In this document: positions 36,857 through 50,620 of the stretch, piece by piece | Layout: each line of letters opens with the position of its first letter | Position numbering within the stretch: position 1 is the stretch's first letter | Notes under the pieces: generated by a model | Seen by the model: the letters and a program-made list of their open reading frames with translations, nothing else | Told to the model about the DNA's origin: nothing | Database searches by the model: none | NCBI GenBank assembly: GCA_020891255.1 | Contig: BQFW01000015.1 | Coordinates: 992,001-1,056,000, forward strand | From: Entomortierella parvispora E1425 | Lineage: Eukaryota > Fungi > Mortierellomycota | Length of the DNA stretch: 64,000 bases | Reading direction: 5' to 3' | Translations under genes and position numbers: made by a program

Positions 36857-39662
36857 ATGGCCGCCGCGTTTATAGGCCTCAGCGTCAAGGTCCTCATGAC
36901 CAACGGGACCTCATTGAAGGGTCATGTTGCAGATGTGAACCAGAACACACAGCGTCTAATGCTGCAGGATGGTAATGAATGCAGACTCTATTCGAAAAGG
37001 GCTACAAGAGTAGAGTGACAAAAGAAGAAAGCAATCACCAGATCACCAATTGACGAATGTAGACACACGCGACCAAGAGCTATCAGCCATGAACGTTGTA
37101 CTGATCGGCCCATCCTTGTTCTTGTTGTATCATTGGACAATAATCTAGTCGTTATCCAGTTTGCGGGAGACCCAACTGTTAGAGTTATGACCTCGTTCAG
37201 CATTGCTGGCGGTGAGATCCAGGATCTTCAGGTCCTGCCCACCCAGCCAGCCGTCCACCCTCCATCCCGCCAGGATCTTGACCCGTCCTCACCCACTGTA
37301 TCGACGATCTCAGTTTCCACCACTAGGACTTCTGCTAGTAACTCAACTGTGGTCCAAGGATCAGCTGCAGCCGGGGCAGCGGCAGTGGCTCGTCACCAGA
37401 TGCATCAGCAACATGAAACTATCCATGCACCTCTGGTAGCTCCCTCTCCTAGTCAGTTGCCTGCTCATCCACACCCGAATGCACCTGTCAGCGCTATACC
37501 ATACCATGATCCAGCTATTATTTCGGTAAGGGGGCTACCCTGCAACTTCGATTGATCTATATGTGATCAAGCTGGGCTTATCTCAACGTTTTATTTATTG
37601 ACTTCTGTTGATGACTAGTTCAAGCACCCGGGGAATGTCACGCCTTCACAGCAGTCGCAACAACAGCAACACACCAGGCATAGTGATAATCAGACTGTAA
37701 CAGAGGTAACTCCCAGATATCCATAACACACCATTACGTCAATTGGCTAGCGGCGATCTTTATTCACCCTCCATGTCATGTTCCGAATTTGTCTTAGAAA
37801 CTGAGCTCGACCAAGATCAGGCCTTCCTCGCGCCAGCAACAGCAGCAGTCCCACCATCAGCACAATAATGACCCATTTTTGACTGTTGCGGAATCCAGCG
37901 CGACAGAGTCAGTTAGCCGTGGGCCACGCAGGAACCGCAGGAGTAACAACATGAATAACCACAGCGGCAGCAACAACTACAACAATAATATGTCGGATTA
38001 TGGATCTCCTCGCACACCACATCAAACTGTTCATGGTAAGTAAATGATACGAGAACAAATATTTCTGTTTGTCTTCTTTACTCACTGGCTCTACAAAAAT
38101 ATTTAGGCAAGAGAACTGCCCGTAGGAATAAGGAGCCGATCCATGAATGGGCACAACGGGATTCTGAAGATTTCAAGGACGAAGATTTTGATTTTCAAAG
38201 CAACTTGGGACTTTTTGATAAAGCCCGGGTTTTTGCCGAGATCAGAGAAGCCGATGACACTGCACCCGAGTCTCTTCTTGTCAACCTGAATCGCAACCCT
38301 GATCGGGCACGGGCAATGGGAGAAAGTCCGATGTTGAGGAAGTTGCTGCCTACCGAAAACGTGTTGGATCCAGCACCTAATCGAAGGATGGGATACGGCT
38401 CCAAGAAGAGCACCCAATGTGGCAATGAAGATGCTAGCAGTAGTCAGGACGAGGACGATGGCGACGAAAGTGATGAGGAGGAAGAGGACGATGATGGTAA
38501 CGACTCATGGAATAGTAGCAGCGTGGAGGAGTCGACATTGACACCAGGCACGATTGCAGTCAAGAAGGGATCTGCAGCACAGGGTCGCGCCAATGGTATT
38601 GTACCATCTGTAACAGCTCTCGAAATCCCAGCTTCTGTGATGGCGTCGGCGGCAGCAGGAGGAGCAGGGACGGCCTTAACAAATGGCCTGGGACATGACG
38701 GAGTAAGTAGTGGGAACACCAGTGCCAGTGGCGTCAAGAAGCGCTCTATCAAGATCCAGACCCTCTCTGGTGTAGCCTGTCCTGCAGTGACTTCTGCTCA
38801 GATGTTGGAGGTTGAACGTCTGTCAGCTTCAGAAATGGGTCTCTCAGACGAGCAACTGGTGGAGAATGGTGGACGAGGTGCTGCCATGATGTGTCTTCAG
38901 GCGTTGGGAGGATCCAGAAGAATCCAGCCCAACAACCACAATTCTGCGCCTGTTGTCGTGATCTTGGCTGGCAACAACAGAACAGGAGCTTACGCTCTGT
39001 GTGCTGCCCGTCATTTGTCCAACCATGGATGTTTGGTCCAAGCGTTTTTGGCCGGATCTAACCACGAAGGACAGCTTCACGCGGTAAGTGAGAGCCTGGC
39101 GTATATTTCTCCTCTAAGGAACTACAAATGATATTTTGCTGACTTGAATATCCTCTATCTTTTTTTAAAAAAAAAAAAATACTTTCTACTTCAGATGGTG
39201 GCTGCTCAAACGAGAGGATTCTTGGCCACAGGCGGTGAAATTTTGCACACGATTGCAGAGTTACCTCAGGCTGCCTCGACCCCAGTCGATATCATCGTAG
39301 ACGGACTTTTGGGCTATCAGTTTACTGTCCGGGATCTGGTTGACTCCTACGAGCGTGAGACTGTCTGTGACCTGATGGATTGGGCTAATGACAACAAGGC
39401 GCCTGTTCTGTCTTTGGACATGCCCAGTGGAGTCGATGGAACTACGGGCGAGAAGACGGACAAAGGCCACAAGTTCTGTATCAGACCTAAATGGACTTTG
39501 TGCCTTGGTGCCCCTAAGACAGGGTGTCGTTCTCGGGCCATTACAGGAGAGCTGTTTATGACTGATTTGGGTATACCCAGAGCTTGCTGGAAGCGAGCCG
39601 GAGTGAAAGGATGGAGCATGCCTTGGGGCGCTGATTTCCTTGTCGGGCTAGAGTACCTGTGA
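36857..39662 (+). CDS. EDC3: Enhancer of mRNA decapping Edc3 (LSm, FDF and YjeF_N domains); multi-exon
   Basis: MAAAFIGLSVKV...GHVADVNQNTQRLMLQD (LSm); EDFDFQSNLGLFDKARVFAEI (FDF); VVILAGNNRTGAYALCAARHLSNHG and PKWTLCLGAPK (YjeF_N). Confidence 0.9.
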
Positions 39663-39876
39663 ACAGTGATAGCAACCGTCGTTGGGTCTTCGGATGTTCA
39701 AGAATAACAATAAAACGCAACAACATGACCGCCGATCTTCAGCGTCACCTTTTTGGTATCGTTTGGTCTGACCCAAAAAAGATGGTGAAAGGAAGAATCT
39801 AACCAACGACTGAGTCGTTAACCAGGTTATCCGCCAACCATCGGGGACTAGGTGATGTCCACCATAGCCAAAAGTG

Positions 39877-39949
39877 TGGAGCAGCTGGTAGTCGAAACCA
39901 GTGCCTCTCCCATGCGAAGGGAGCGCTCTACCAAATGAGCTACAGCCCC
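39877..39949 (-). tRNA. tRNA-Ala(CGC)
   Basis: GGGGCTGTAGCTCATTTGGTAGAGCG-CTCCC-TTCGCAT-GGGAG-...-CTGGT-TTCGACT-ACCAG-CTGCTCCA; the G3:U70 alanine identity pair is present. Confidence 0.93.
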
Positions 39950-40028
39950 CATTGAATCCAACCCTATTGGCCAGATTTTTTTAAAAAAATCAACTCCGAA
40001 CTTATTGGGACTGTGTGTGTGTGATAGA

Positions 40029-40074
40029 CACGTGACGAGCACGTGACCGACAGAGTGGTGGGATGTATCACGTG
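40029..40074. promoter_or_regulatory. Three E-boxes upstream of tRNA-Ala
   Basis: CACGTG at 40029-40034, 40040-40045 and 40069-40074, 80-125 bp upstream of the minus-strand tRNA start at 39949. Confidence 0.7.
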
Positions 40075-41863
40075 ATTATACGATTGACCCGCGAGGGACT
40101 TCACAAGAAAAAAAAAAGGGATTGCACAATTGACAGGTGGGAACCGCTCCGCAGATTTCACGACACTACAGCGATGATGAGGGACGGGAGTTGTTGTCTA
40201 GGGACGCCTTGCTTTTTTGCCTTTTGCCGATAGGCGGCGACAGCGGGAGCGAAGCTGTCAAAACTGCGCGCTTAAAATGGCAAAAAAAAAAAGAGGCGGA
40301 CCTGACAGCCGACATTTTGACAAGCCTCACTCACTTGTTTGTTTCAAATAACCTTTTTTCTCCTGGCGAATTGAGCAAGAATGATCGGTTAAATTCGACC
40401 GAGTTACTACCGCACAACGTAAACAACGTCAACAAAACAACTGTAGAAAGCGTTGTCGATCTGTTCTCTGACAAATCTGTTAGAACGGAGCCGGCAGTAA
40501 TTCATCCTCTCCCTGCTTCGACAGGTTTTCTTCCGTGCAGTTTGCGGAGAATTGATAATCACGATACAGCAAAGAGATAGGAGACACAAGAGGGATCTCT
40601 ACGTGTCTAGCCAGCATGAGCCTTGATCACTTTTTTCTCGCTTTTTTTTTGACAGCATACAATTTGTCGCGCTGATCCAGGGGAAATGAAATAGCCCTCG
40701 GATCTTCGGCACGAATTTCCCTTGTGCAGCTTCTCAAGACGACACTGGCAAAGATCCAGCAGATCATCGTTGAGAAAACTAGATTAAAAATCTCCCGGAA
40801 TTACATTTCGCCGAATCAGAGGTTTTTTTCTACTTTAATTTATTCTCTGTCTCTAGGCCACTAGGACGTTAACAGCATCCCAGGCGAAATACCCCTGCAG
40901 AGTGTCGGTCAACCGCAAATCTAGTCCAGGACAAGGCAGAAAGAAGGGGTAAGAAGACGCTAGCAAAACAAACGACCGAGGACGGAATAGGGGGGACAAG
41001 TGCACAGCGCCTCCAGAGGTCTTATCGCAAGGTAACCCAGAATGCAAGTTACGAAGGTAAGAATCCCATAAAGTGGAGAGGATCGAGACAGGGTGTGGAA
41101 ACAATTGAGTTTTGGAGAAAAAATAGGAGAAAAGATGGCAGATGGACAGTGGATATTGAATGGAGGGCCCGAGGGTATTTGGTTCTGCCATATCCCGGTG
41201 TGTTCTAGGTCGCAACCACTTCTTTAAATAATTCGACCATCTCGCGAGCAATCACTCGGCGTTTCGTTACTTCGCTTTCAAGAGGCGGTTTTCGGTCACT
41301 GGTATTGTCGACCTGGCGTAAGAATGCGAAGTCTTTGGTGCCACTTGTGCTGCGCTGCCGACACCCTGTCCCACAAGTACAGACGCAGCATCATCGCACG
41401 ACAACAATGAACCCACTAACAGAGTGGAAAAACAAGGAGGGAATCGACGGAGCTGAAAATCAATCGAGCCAAGAACAAAGCGCAGGGCGAAAAAAAAGAC
41501 TTTTTTGGACTGAGCAACTCTATTCGGGATAGAGTCCCATATTGAGCGCTATACAGGTGTATTGCATGTTGCGTAATTGGTTAGGGCTCCACGTTTGTGT
41601 GGTCTTCTCCCCTCCTGCACGCCGGCTGGCTGGCTGCAGTTGGGCAGGGGTAGGGGGAGTAAGGGAGGATAAATAGGGCACCTGCCCCCCACCGTCTTCC
41701 AGTCATTGTTCTCCACTTCCTCTTTTGCTTCTTTCTTTTTTTGTCCCTTTGTTGTTCGCTTGCTTCGCGAAGTCAAGTGTCAGCCCCTTTCAACTGTCCC
41801 TTCGTTGCAGTCGTCGTTTCCTGCCTCCACAAAGCCACTGCCTCTCCTCACATCACATTTTTA

Positions 41864-43836
41864 ATGTCGACTTCAACCTTCGACAAGGACTTCAAACTGG
41901 AGGCCGACGAGACCAACGCGCCTGTCTCGTCCTCAACTACAACAATACCCGTTGTAGATGGGAAAGAAGAGGATCATTCCTCCGTCACTGCCTCTGTTGC
42001 CCCTGCCTCTGATGCCCCTGCCCCTGTACATCTTTACCATAAACCCCCTCCCAGGCAGTTTGTGCTCATCATGATCGCGTACGTCTTTTACTCACAATCG
42101 AATTGCGCTTAATTTTCGCCACCTCATGCTGACAGTATCCTCCTTCTTTCCCCAGGCTGTCTCTTTGTGTCTTTTTGGCAAGTTTGGATCAGATTATCGT
42201 TTCCACAAGTATTCCGGCAATTACCCGGTCATTCCACTCCCTGGGCGATATTTCCTGGTTGGCAACAGCGTACATGATGACCAGCACGGCTTTCCAGCCC
42301 ATGTACGGCAAGCTCTCCGACATCTTTGGACGCAAGGCAGTGATGCTCTTTGCCAACATCATGTTCTTGGCAGGATCGGCCATCGCTGGATGGGCCACTT
42401 CGATGACAATGTTGATTATTGGCAGAGGTGTCGCCGGTATTGGTGCTGGAGGCTTGATGGCCATGGTGGTAGGTGTGCCAATATTGTTTACTCTTGACTG
42501 ATTTTTTTTTGACCAACACTCACAGTATCTTCACTTTGGTGTTTATGAATAGTTTGTTATTCTCTCAGACATGTTGGACATGCGTGAGCGTGGCAAATAC
42601 ATTGGCTTCATCGGTGCCATCTTTTCCCTCTCGTCTGTCATTGGACCATTGCTTGGAGGCGCTTTTGCGGATCAATTGACATGGCGCTGGTCCTTTTGGA
42701 TCAACTTACCGTTCGGTGGTCTTTCCATGCTTTTCATCATCGTCAACTTGGACTTGCCCACGCCAAAAGGATCAATGTCAGACAAGATCAAGCGTATCGA
42801 TTTCTGGGGATCCATCATTCTCCTTGGCACCGTTGCTATGATTGTGTTGGGCCTCAGCTGGGGTGGCACCACTTATCCTTGGAACTCGGGTAAAGTCATT
42901 GGAGTTTTGTGTGGAGGACTCGCGATGGCAGGCGTCTTCATAATGTTCGAGTGGAAGGTCCCCAATGAACCCATTGTGCCCATCCATCTGTACAAGATCC
43001 GTAATTTGTGGTCGACCTACGGTTCTCTGTTCTTCAGTGGCATGTCGTTCTTTGGAATCTTGTTTTATCTGCCCATCTACTTCCAGGTCGTCAAGGGTGA
43101 GGATGCCACTGTCGGAGGTCTCGAGACCGTCCCTTTTGTTTTCGGAATTGTCATCACCTCCATCTCCTCGGGTATCTGGGTGCTCAAGCGTGGTTCCTAT
43201 CACTTCTTCCCAGCTGTCGGAAATATTTTTTTCACGGTTGGAGCTGCTCTGTGCATCATTTTTGATAAGGATACCAAGCGCGTAGTCACCATCTTTGTCC
43301 TGCTCATTTGCGGTCTCGGTATGGGATTCACAATGCAATCATCCACTTTGGCCGTGCAGGCTGCTGTCAAGCCAAAGTACATGGCCACCGTCACGACCTC
43401 AGTTCAGTTCGTGAGAACTCTTGGTCAAGTTTTCGGTAAGTTCTTCAAATGACCTCGAGTGAGCATGAAATTCACAGGATCAAACAACTCACTACATCTT
43501 CTACATCTTTGTTCTTGACAATTCATAGGCGTCGCTATTGTTGGATCGGTTTTCAACAACAGGCTCACAGATGACCTTGAGCAGAGTTTCCCAGGAGACC
43601 CCCTTGTTCTACAAGTCGGCCAGGACTACACTCTGCTCAACAGGTATACTCCTGCACAGAGAGATTTGATTTATGAAGGATATGTCCATGCGCTTCGCTA
43701 CGCCTTCTACTGCTGCGTGGGTTTCTGCGCTCTTGCCTTCGTTTCCAGTTGCTTCATTCAGCACAAGGAGCTCAAGACGAATGCCAATCAGGGAGGCGCA
43801 CCCGCAAAGCCTGAGATGACGGTTGAAATGGCTTAG
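41864..43836 (+). CDS. MFS drug:H+ antiporter, DHA2 (14-TMS) family; about 4 exons
   Basis: ASLDQIIVSTSIPAI; WLATAYM; PMYGKLSDIFGRK; GRGVAGIGAGGL; WRWSFWINLPFG; IDFWGSI. Confidence 0.93.
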
Positions 43837-44292
43837 TCATCCAAGCTCTACATTCTTAAAACAGCATCATCCATCTACACTATATCCTTGTCACCCATTT
43901 TGCATATTTATCATAATTATCTCTACTTCAGATGTGTAATAAACAGTTGATGACCCGTACAGCCCGTACTTTTCACCTTTGCCTCCGGGTTAATTTGTGG
44001 CGTCTTGGGACATGACGCGTCTCTGTCGTCGCGTCTGTGTCATGGGGTCATGCTTCCGGGTGGAAATTAGTTTATGAGAGCGACACGCGACTTGGGTGGG
44101 CTTTGACTTTTTTGAAAGGAAAAGGGGGCGGAGGCCAGTCGTCTGATAGCTGTTGCCCTCTTCTCTGCTTTTTTACTTTTTCTCTTTCTTAGTTCCACAT
44201 TCACACCCACATCCACACCTCAGAAACTATCCCCTCTGCCCTCTCCACCAAAACTTTTCTATTCCAACATCCCACGCCGTTCCTGCCATACG

Positions 44293-45975
44293 ATGCTACC
44301 AAGACTTTCAACCGTTGCCGCGGCTCTTCTTTTACTGGCTGGCAGTTCCACCGTCGTCACTGGTTTTGTCCTTCCCTCGCCCGCAAGCGTCTTCTCGAAA
44401 ATGGTCCATTGCTCAGAGACTGAAGCCGCAATGGCGCCCCTCATCGCACCCTCGGAAGGCGATATTATCCCTGACGCCTATTTTGTAGTGTTCAAAAGTG
44501 GTACAAAGGCCAAAGAGCATTCCTCCTGGGTTCAGTCCCTTCACAGTCAAAGTGCTTGGGCCTCGCTCGATGATGAACAAGGAGGAGTACGCCATGTCTA
44601 TGATATGGGCTCGTTCCAGGGATTGGCTGGTCGCTTCGGCCCTAAGGTTCTGGACGAGATTCGTTTGCACCCAGAGGTAAGTGCTTATTTCACTTTTTTG
44701 CCTCGGCAGCGACAACTCCTTCGCCCCCTCGTTTTCGTCACGGGAGAGCGCAGCATACACATGTTGATGCATGCCCATCTCTTCTTTCCGCGTTGGGTGG
44801 TCTCCCACAACTGCAACTCGTTATGGCGCGCACAAATGCAAATGCAACCCATTTACGGACGGGTTCGTGCCCGCGAAACATGAACCTCCCGTCTTCCCCC
44901 TTTCATTTTCCCTATCTTTTTTCTTCTTCCTTCGGCCCCCCTAACTACCCCCTGAGAAACAGAGGGAAGTGAACCCTGACCTCATTTCCATCTTCGATGA
45001 CAACACTAGGTCGCTTACGTCGAGCGGGATCAAATGGTCTATACCTCTGAAGTTCAGAAGGATGCACCTTGGGGATTGGCCCGTATCTCACATCGCAAGA
45101 CTTTGACACTCAAGAACTACAGAAAGTACATCCACAACCCCAATGGTGGTGACGGCGTCACTGTCTTTGTGATTGACACCGGAATCTATGTTAAACATGA
45201 CCAGTTCCAAGGCCGAGCCTCTTGGGGCGCAACCATTCCCAGAGGGGACCCTGATGCGGATGACAACGGCCACGGAACTCACTGTGCCGGCACCATTGGT
45301 AGTGCGGCTTATGGAGTCTCCAAGAAGGCTAATATCGTGGCGGTGAAGGTGTTGAGGTCCAACGGATCCGGCACCATGTCTGATGTCGTCGCTGGAGTCG
45401 ACTTTGCAATTCAGGGGCATTTGAAGCTGAGAAGTCAGCAGGGAGGAAAGTACAAGGGCTCGGTCGCCAATATGTCTCTTGGTGGTGGCAAGTCGCGTCC
45501 TTTGGATGCCGCAGTGGCAAATGCTGTAGGCCAAGGTCTCCATTTTGCGGTCGCAGCCGGAAACGACGATCGTGATGCTTGCAATTACTCTCCAGCGGGC
45601 GTGGATGTGGCCATTACGGTCGGTGCCTCGTCCAGAGATGACTCTAGGGCTTATTTCTCGAACCACGGTCCTTGTGTTGACATTTTCGGACCTGGCAAGG
45701 ATATCGAGTCAACCTGGATTGGATTCAAGAACGCAAAGAGGACGATTTCGGGTACGTCAATGGCCAGTCCCCACGTTGCGGGGTTGGTAGCCTACTATCT
45801 CTCCTTGTCTCCCGAGAGCAACTCTGGGTTCCATTCGGGACCCATCACTCCAAAGGCCATGAAGGCCCTGTTGAAGGAACGCGCAACACGCGATGTCCTT
45901 ACTGACGTCAACTATAGAACCCCTAACTTGTTGATCTACAACAGCCATGACCAGGACAAGTACCTGGCCTGGTGA
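44293..45975 (+). CDS. Subtilisin-like serine protease (S8A, proteinase B/K-like) with signal peptide and I9 propeptide (2 exons)
   Basis: PWGLARISHR; VFVIDTGI (Asp); DDNGHGTHCAGTIG (His); ANMSLGG; AVAAGND; SGTSMASPHVAG (Ser). Confidence 0.95.
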
Positions 45976-46601
45976 GGGTGTTTTTTTTGAAAGCTATACT
46001 AAACTAAATCCACTGATATAAAAAATAAAAATACCAGGAATATTTTTACCAGAGATTCGGTAACAAGCCACAGGAGTTCGCGCATGCAGCAGCATCATCT
46101 TCTCGCCAGTCCTCCCCTCCCTGTTCATCTTGTCCTCGTCCTCTCTTCCTCCCCCCTCTTTCTTCACATTTTACGGGAACAGGACTCCATTCGTCATCGA
46201 GACCTTCCTTTTGCCTTGCAAGTGTCCAGTGCCCGTCCATCCCCGCCAAGACCCCCCTCGTGTCATCTGGTCCCAGATCGCATCTTTTTGTATTTTCCCC
46301 TCAATCTCGACCTATTGCCCTGCCTTCGAGAGCCGAGCGCCACCAGAACTTGAGAGTGCAAACACCGCCCAGCTCGCTGCTCTTTCTTTTCCTCGCGAGC
46401 AATCCACCTCATAATTGCCTCGGGACAGACATTTTACGAGCCCACAAACACTCGCCAAGGTCGGGATAGATCGCTCCATTTCTGACTCTCTGCACCACTT
46501 TCGTTCTCGGACACGCACGGCGACCGCAGGCACACTCTTCAGGGCTTTCTTCTGCGACTAGTGCAGGCACCTCTCTTGTCGCGTCTGATCCTTCTGGTGC
46601 C

Positions 46602-46661
46602 ATGCAACAACAACAACAACAACCACTGCATCTGCAGCAAATGGCTGCTTTACAGCAGCAA

Positions 46662-46693
<32 letters not shown>

Positions 46694-49600
46694 TATGTTT
46701 TCCCAACAGCACCAGCACCAGCAATTCCAGCAACAGCAGCAACAGCAGCAACACTTGCTTCTCCAACAGATGCAGCAGAAACATTTTCAGCAACAGCAGC
46801 AATTAATGCAGCAACGCGCGGCCATGAAGAATCCGACTCCATTGCAGCAGCAACAGCTTCATATGCAGCAGCTTCAACTCCAGCAGCAACAGCATATGTT
46901 GCAACAACAGCAACAGCAGCAACAGCAGCAGATGCATCATCCCATGATGGCAGCCCATCAGCCACATTTGATGCCGTTGTCGACTCAGCCTGGACTTCAA
47001 ATGCACCCTCAGCAGATGTCTTTGCCAATGCAGCAGCAACAACAGATGCAAAACAGCCTAGCGCTCCAGCAACAACAACAACAACAGCAAAGGATGCTCT
47101 CACAAATGCAGAAGCAGCAGCAACTCCATCTTGCACACAGTGGCAAGTCTATTCCGAACGGTCTTCCTAGTCTGCCTGTAGCAGGCGTTCGTCCTCCTCC
47201 AGGCGTCGTTAATGGTTCTACACCCCCACCACCCCCACCGGCAATAGCGACCAAACCGATTGAGATTGACATCGATGAACAGGTCGTCCATGCTGTAAGT
47301 TCCTAATACGCAACGTTTACCTCCCACTCTCAATTTTTGATCTAATATTGGCCTTCTTTTTGAACCTTTGCTACAGTTACTGGAGCTGAACAAGGAGTTG
47401 ATCTGCGTGTGCATGGACTACCAGAACAGCGGGCTTACGTCCGATCCAGAATTCTTAAGGTAAGTGGGATGATAGAGACGGCGGTGGTCTTGACCTTTGA
47501 TAAAAAAACCAACATCGAGCTTTCTTATATCATACAGATACCAGGCACGTTTGCAGTCGACACTTTCGTATCTCGCGACTTGGTCTGAAGCCAAAAATAC
47601 ACAGGTTCGTTATGGATAGTAATAGAATTCGCGAAAATGCAGAAACAGGGAGGACTGATGCGTCAAATCGCTGTTTAATAGCTCACCAAGGCTCCGCCTA
47701 AACCAGACTTGTCACCGCTGCCTCCAGCACGCTTCCCTTCCGGTGCGCGAGCCATGCTGGCGCTTCCAAAAGTGGCTATTGCGTTCGCTCGTGCTCAAGC
47801 AGCCATAGCCTCAAAGCAATCTAAAACACCCGCTCCTTCGAGCGGCAATGATGACAAGTCTGTTAATGGAGCATCGCCGGCGATACCCGCAGTCGCGCCT
47901 GCAGCTCCTGCTGCACCTGTAGTAAGTCCTGCTGCACCTGTGGCAAGTCCGGCGGCAACAATCGCTGGATCAGTTCCCAGCACATCGGCGGCGCCAGTAT
48001 CGCCTATCACGGCGGCTGTTACGGCAGGAATGACAGCAGCATCAGTGTCTCCAGTGACTCAAGTGGCGCCTATTATCGGAAGTCAGACAGGCGGGACCCC
48101 ACCGCAAAGGTTCCCTGCAAATATGACCCTTCAGCAGCAACAGTGGATGCACCAGCAACGACTGCAGCAACAAATGCAGCAGGCAAGGCAAATGCACCCA
48201 TCCTCTCCGCAGCCAGCACAGTCTGGCTCCGCCTTCACACCTGCTCCTTCCTCATTACCGGCTCCTATACCCCAGTCTGCACCTCAATCTCAACCTCAGT
48301 CTCAGCCTCAGTCTCAATCTCAATCTCCTGCCCAGCCTGCCGCGGACCCCAGCACTGTGTCCGCAAGCACTAAAGCTGCACCAGCGACCTCTATGACGCC
48401 GCCATCGAGCCAGACAGTAGACTCATCTCCAATATCGACTTCGTTCCCAGTGGCGTCAGTAGGGAGTCTAGGACAGGCCATTGTCCAAACGGCGGGTACC
48501 AGTGGTTCATCTGTAACACCCATGAGCAATAGTTCAACTCAGGGACGGCAAGGTGGTGTTACCAGTGCCACCAATAGTCCTGCGTTGTCGCAAGCACAGG
48601 TTCCTGCATCGCCCATCACTGCCCTTCCACCTGGGTCTCCAGCTCAATCACAGGTACCTCAGCAGCCCCCTTTCCAGTCACAGCAAGTACAGAGTCTACA
48701 GCAAAAAGGACCAGGTAGTCGACATAATTCTCCACAAGTGTCGCATCAGATGCTTCCCCATCGGAATCCTGGATCTGCGACATCCTCACCAAACGTTTCT
48801 CATGCAACAGTGCCCGCTGCGCCCGCAGGGGGCGGGCCTGTCATGGCGGGATCTTTTAACCTTGGATCCCCAGTCACTGGAACTCCTGCCGGCTTTGCTC
48901 CATCCTTCCAGTCGCAGGCGGCCAGTCCAACCACTATGCAGCCCAAAGTAATGGGGTCTTCCTTGCCGATACAAATGATGCAGATGCCTATGTCCATGCC
49001 GATGTCCATGCCTCTACAAATGTCTGGTATGCCAATGGCAATGCCAATGCAGGTTCCGTTGTCAGGGAAGCATATGCTTGGAGGTGGAGCCCACGGTGTC
49101 CAGATGCAGCTGGGACCACATCAGCAGCATCAGATGAACCAGTTGCAGCTTCATATGATGCAGCAGCATCACCATCAACAGCAGTTCCAGCAACAGCAGC
49201 AACAACAGCAGCAACAACAACAACAACAACAACAGCAACAACAACAACAACACCAGCATCAGCATCAGCAACAGCAACAACAATGGCAACAACAGCAGCA
49301 GCAGCAACAGCAGCAGGCGCAGCAAATGATGCTTCAACAGAACAAACAGCATTTGCAGCAGCAACTCCAACAGAGACCCAGCAGCAGGCAGAATAGCCCC
49401 ATGATGAGTCCTGGACGAACTAACTCAGCCATGTTCAGTCCTCCCCCAGGACAATCTGCAGTATCCAATCTTTCCAACCAAAGCAGAGGCCCAAGTCGTG
49501 CAGGTTCGATGGACGCGGGAGTTGGTGCTGGAGCTAGCGGCACTATGATGACAATGAACACTATCCAACATGGATCGCCAGCATTGCATTCTTCTCGCCT

Positions 49601-50132
49601 TAGTCTCAACTCTGGAGGACCCGGATCAAGATCTGGATCTGTTGATTTGGACCGTCAACAACAACAGCTCGCGCAATCACATCAGCAGAATCTGTCATCG
49701 CCCTCATCGTTCCAGCAACCGTCGCCGGCATTATCGGCGCCAGGTACTGGCGAGCCTGCTAGCAGTTCTGATCCAAGTGATCTTAATGGAAGCAACAGCG
49801 CTAACAATGGAAACGATGATGACAATGACATGGTCAACATGGGTATGGGACTGGAGCTTGATATGGATATGAGTATGAGCATGGACCACCATTCTACACA
49901 GGATGAGATGCCTCAACAGCACTCGTCATCGTCATCAACCCCATACGGAAATAGTGAAGGATATGGTCAGTCTGAAAACAACAGTAGTAGTAACAAGGCC
50001 AGCAACGGTGATAGGGAGGATGATCAGGATTCTAATCGAAATCACCAAGGACTGAGCAATTTAGAGTTGGATAGTATGATCTCTACAGGAGAAGACGACG
50101 ACGACCTCATGAGCGGGTTCCTCAACCTTTAA
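46602..50132 (+). CDS. SSXT-domain (SS18/GIF/Snf11-like) polyQ protein; 4 exons, start uncertain
   Basis: Spliced VVHA|LLELNKELICVCMDYQNSGLTSDPEFL|RYQARLQSTLSYLATWSE matches the recalled SSXT pattern (N..LI..I...QN.G......YQ..L..NL.YLA), flanked by long Q/P/S-rich regions. Confidence 0.72.
49160..49320 (+). repeat. Mixed CAG/CAA/CAT polyQ(H) tract
   Basis: About 50 nearly consecutive Gln/His codons. Similar tracts occur near 8300-8470, 15450-16430, 31830-31870 and 46600-47100. Confidence 0.85.
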
Positions 50133-50620
50133 TGTACTAAAAAATAAACAAGCTTTTCATATTTTTAAGCACTTTGGAGTGTGGTGTCAGAACCCAGCAA
50201 CAACTGAAGGACCAACAAAAATTTAGAAACTGAGTCGCGCTCAACGCGTAGATCGCCACTATGCACCCCTTAAGTAAATATTTACGTCATAGAAGATGCA
50301 GGATCGCACTTCCTAAGTATCGCGTGCATGCAAATGGCGGCACATTCATGTTCTCCTCTCATTCTCATTCTTATTCCACAGTGCGCTTCAAACCTTTGCG
50401 CCATTGCATCAAATCGCAGGCTGCATAGATACACTTCATTTGCGAGTTCTGATTTTAGAATAACAAAAGGAAGCCGACCGATTCCAAACGTGATTTCGTT
50501 TTCGTCTCCATCAACTGCACTCAACGCGCATTTCTCAGCCCAAGAGAAGCACAACTTGGTGGCAACACCTCAACAAGGGACGAACCCCCATTGCAACTAC
50601 AGTAATAGCACGCAACATTC

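Noticed and set aside
40650-41250. Protein-like frames and an intron-like segment (40822-40856) between tRNA-Ala and the MFS gene
   Set aside because: The frames are short and stop-interrupted, the putative intron is only 35 nt, and no family is recognised.
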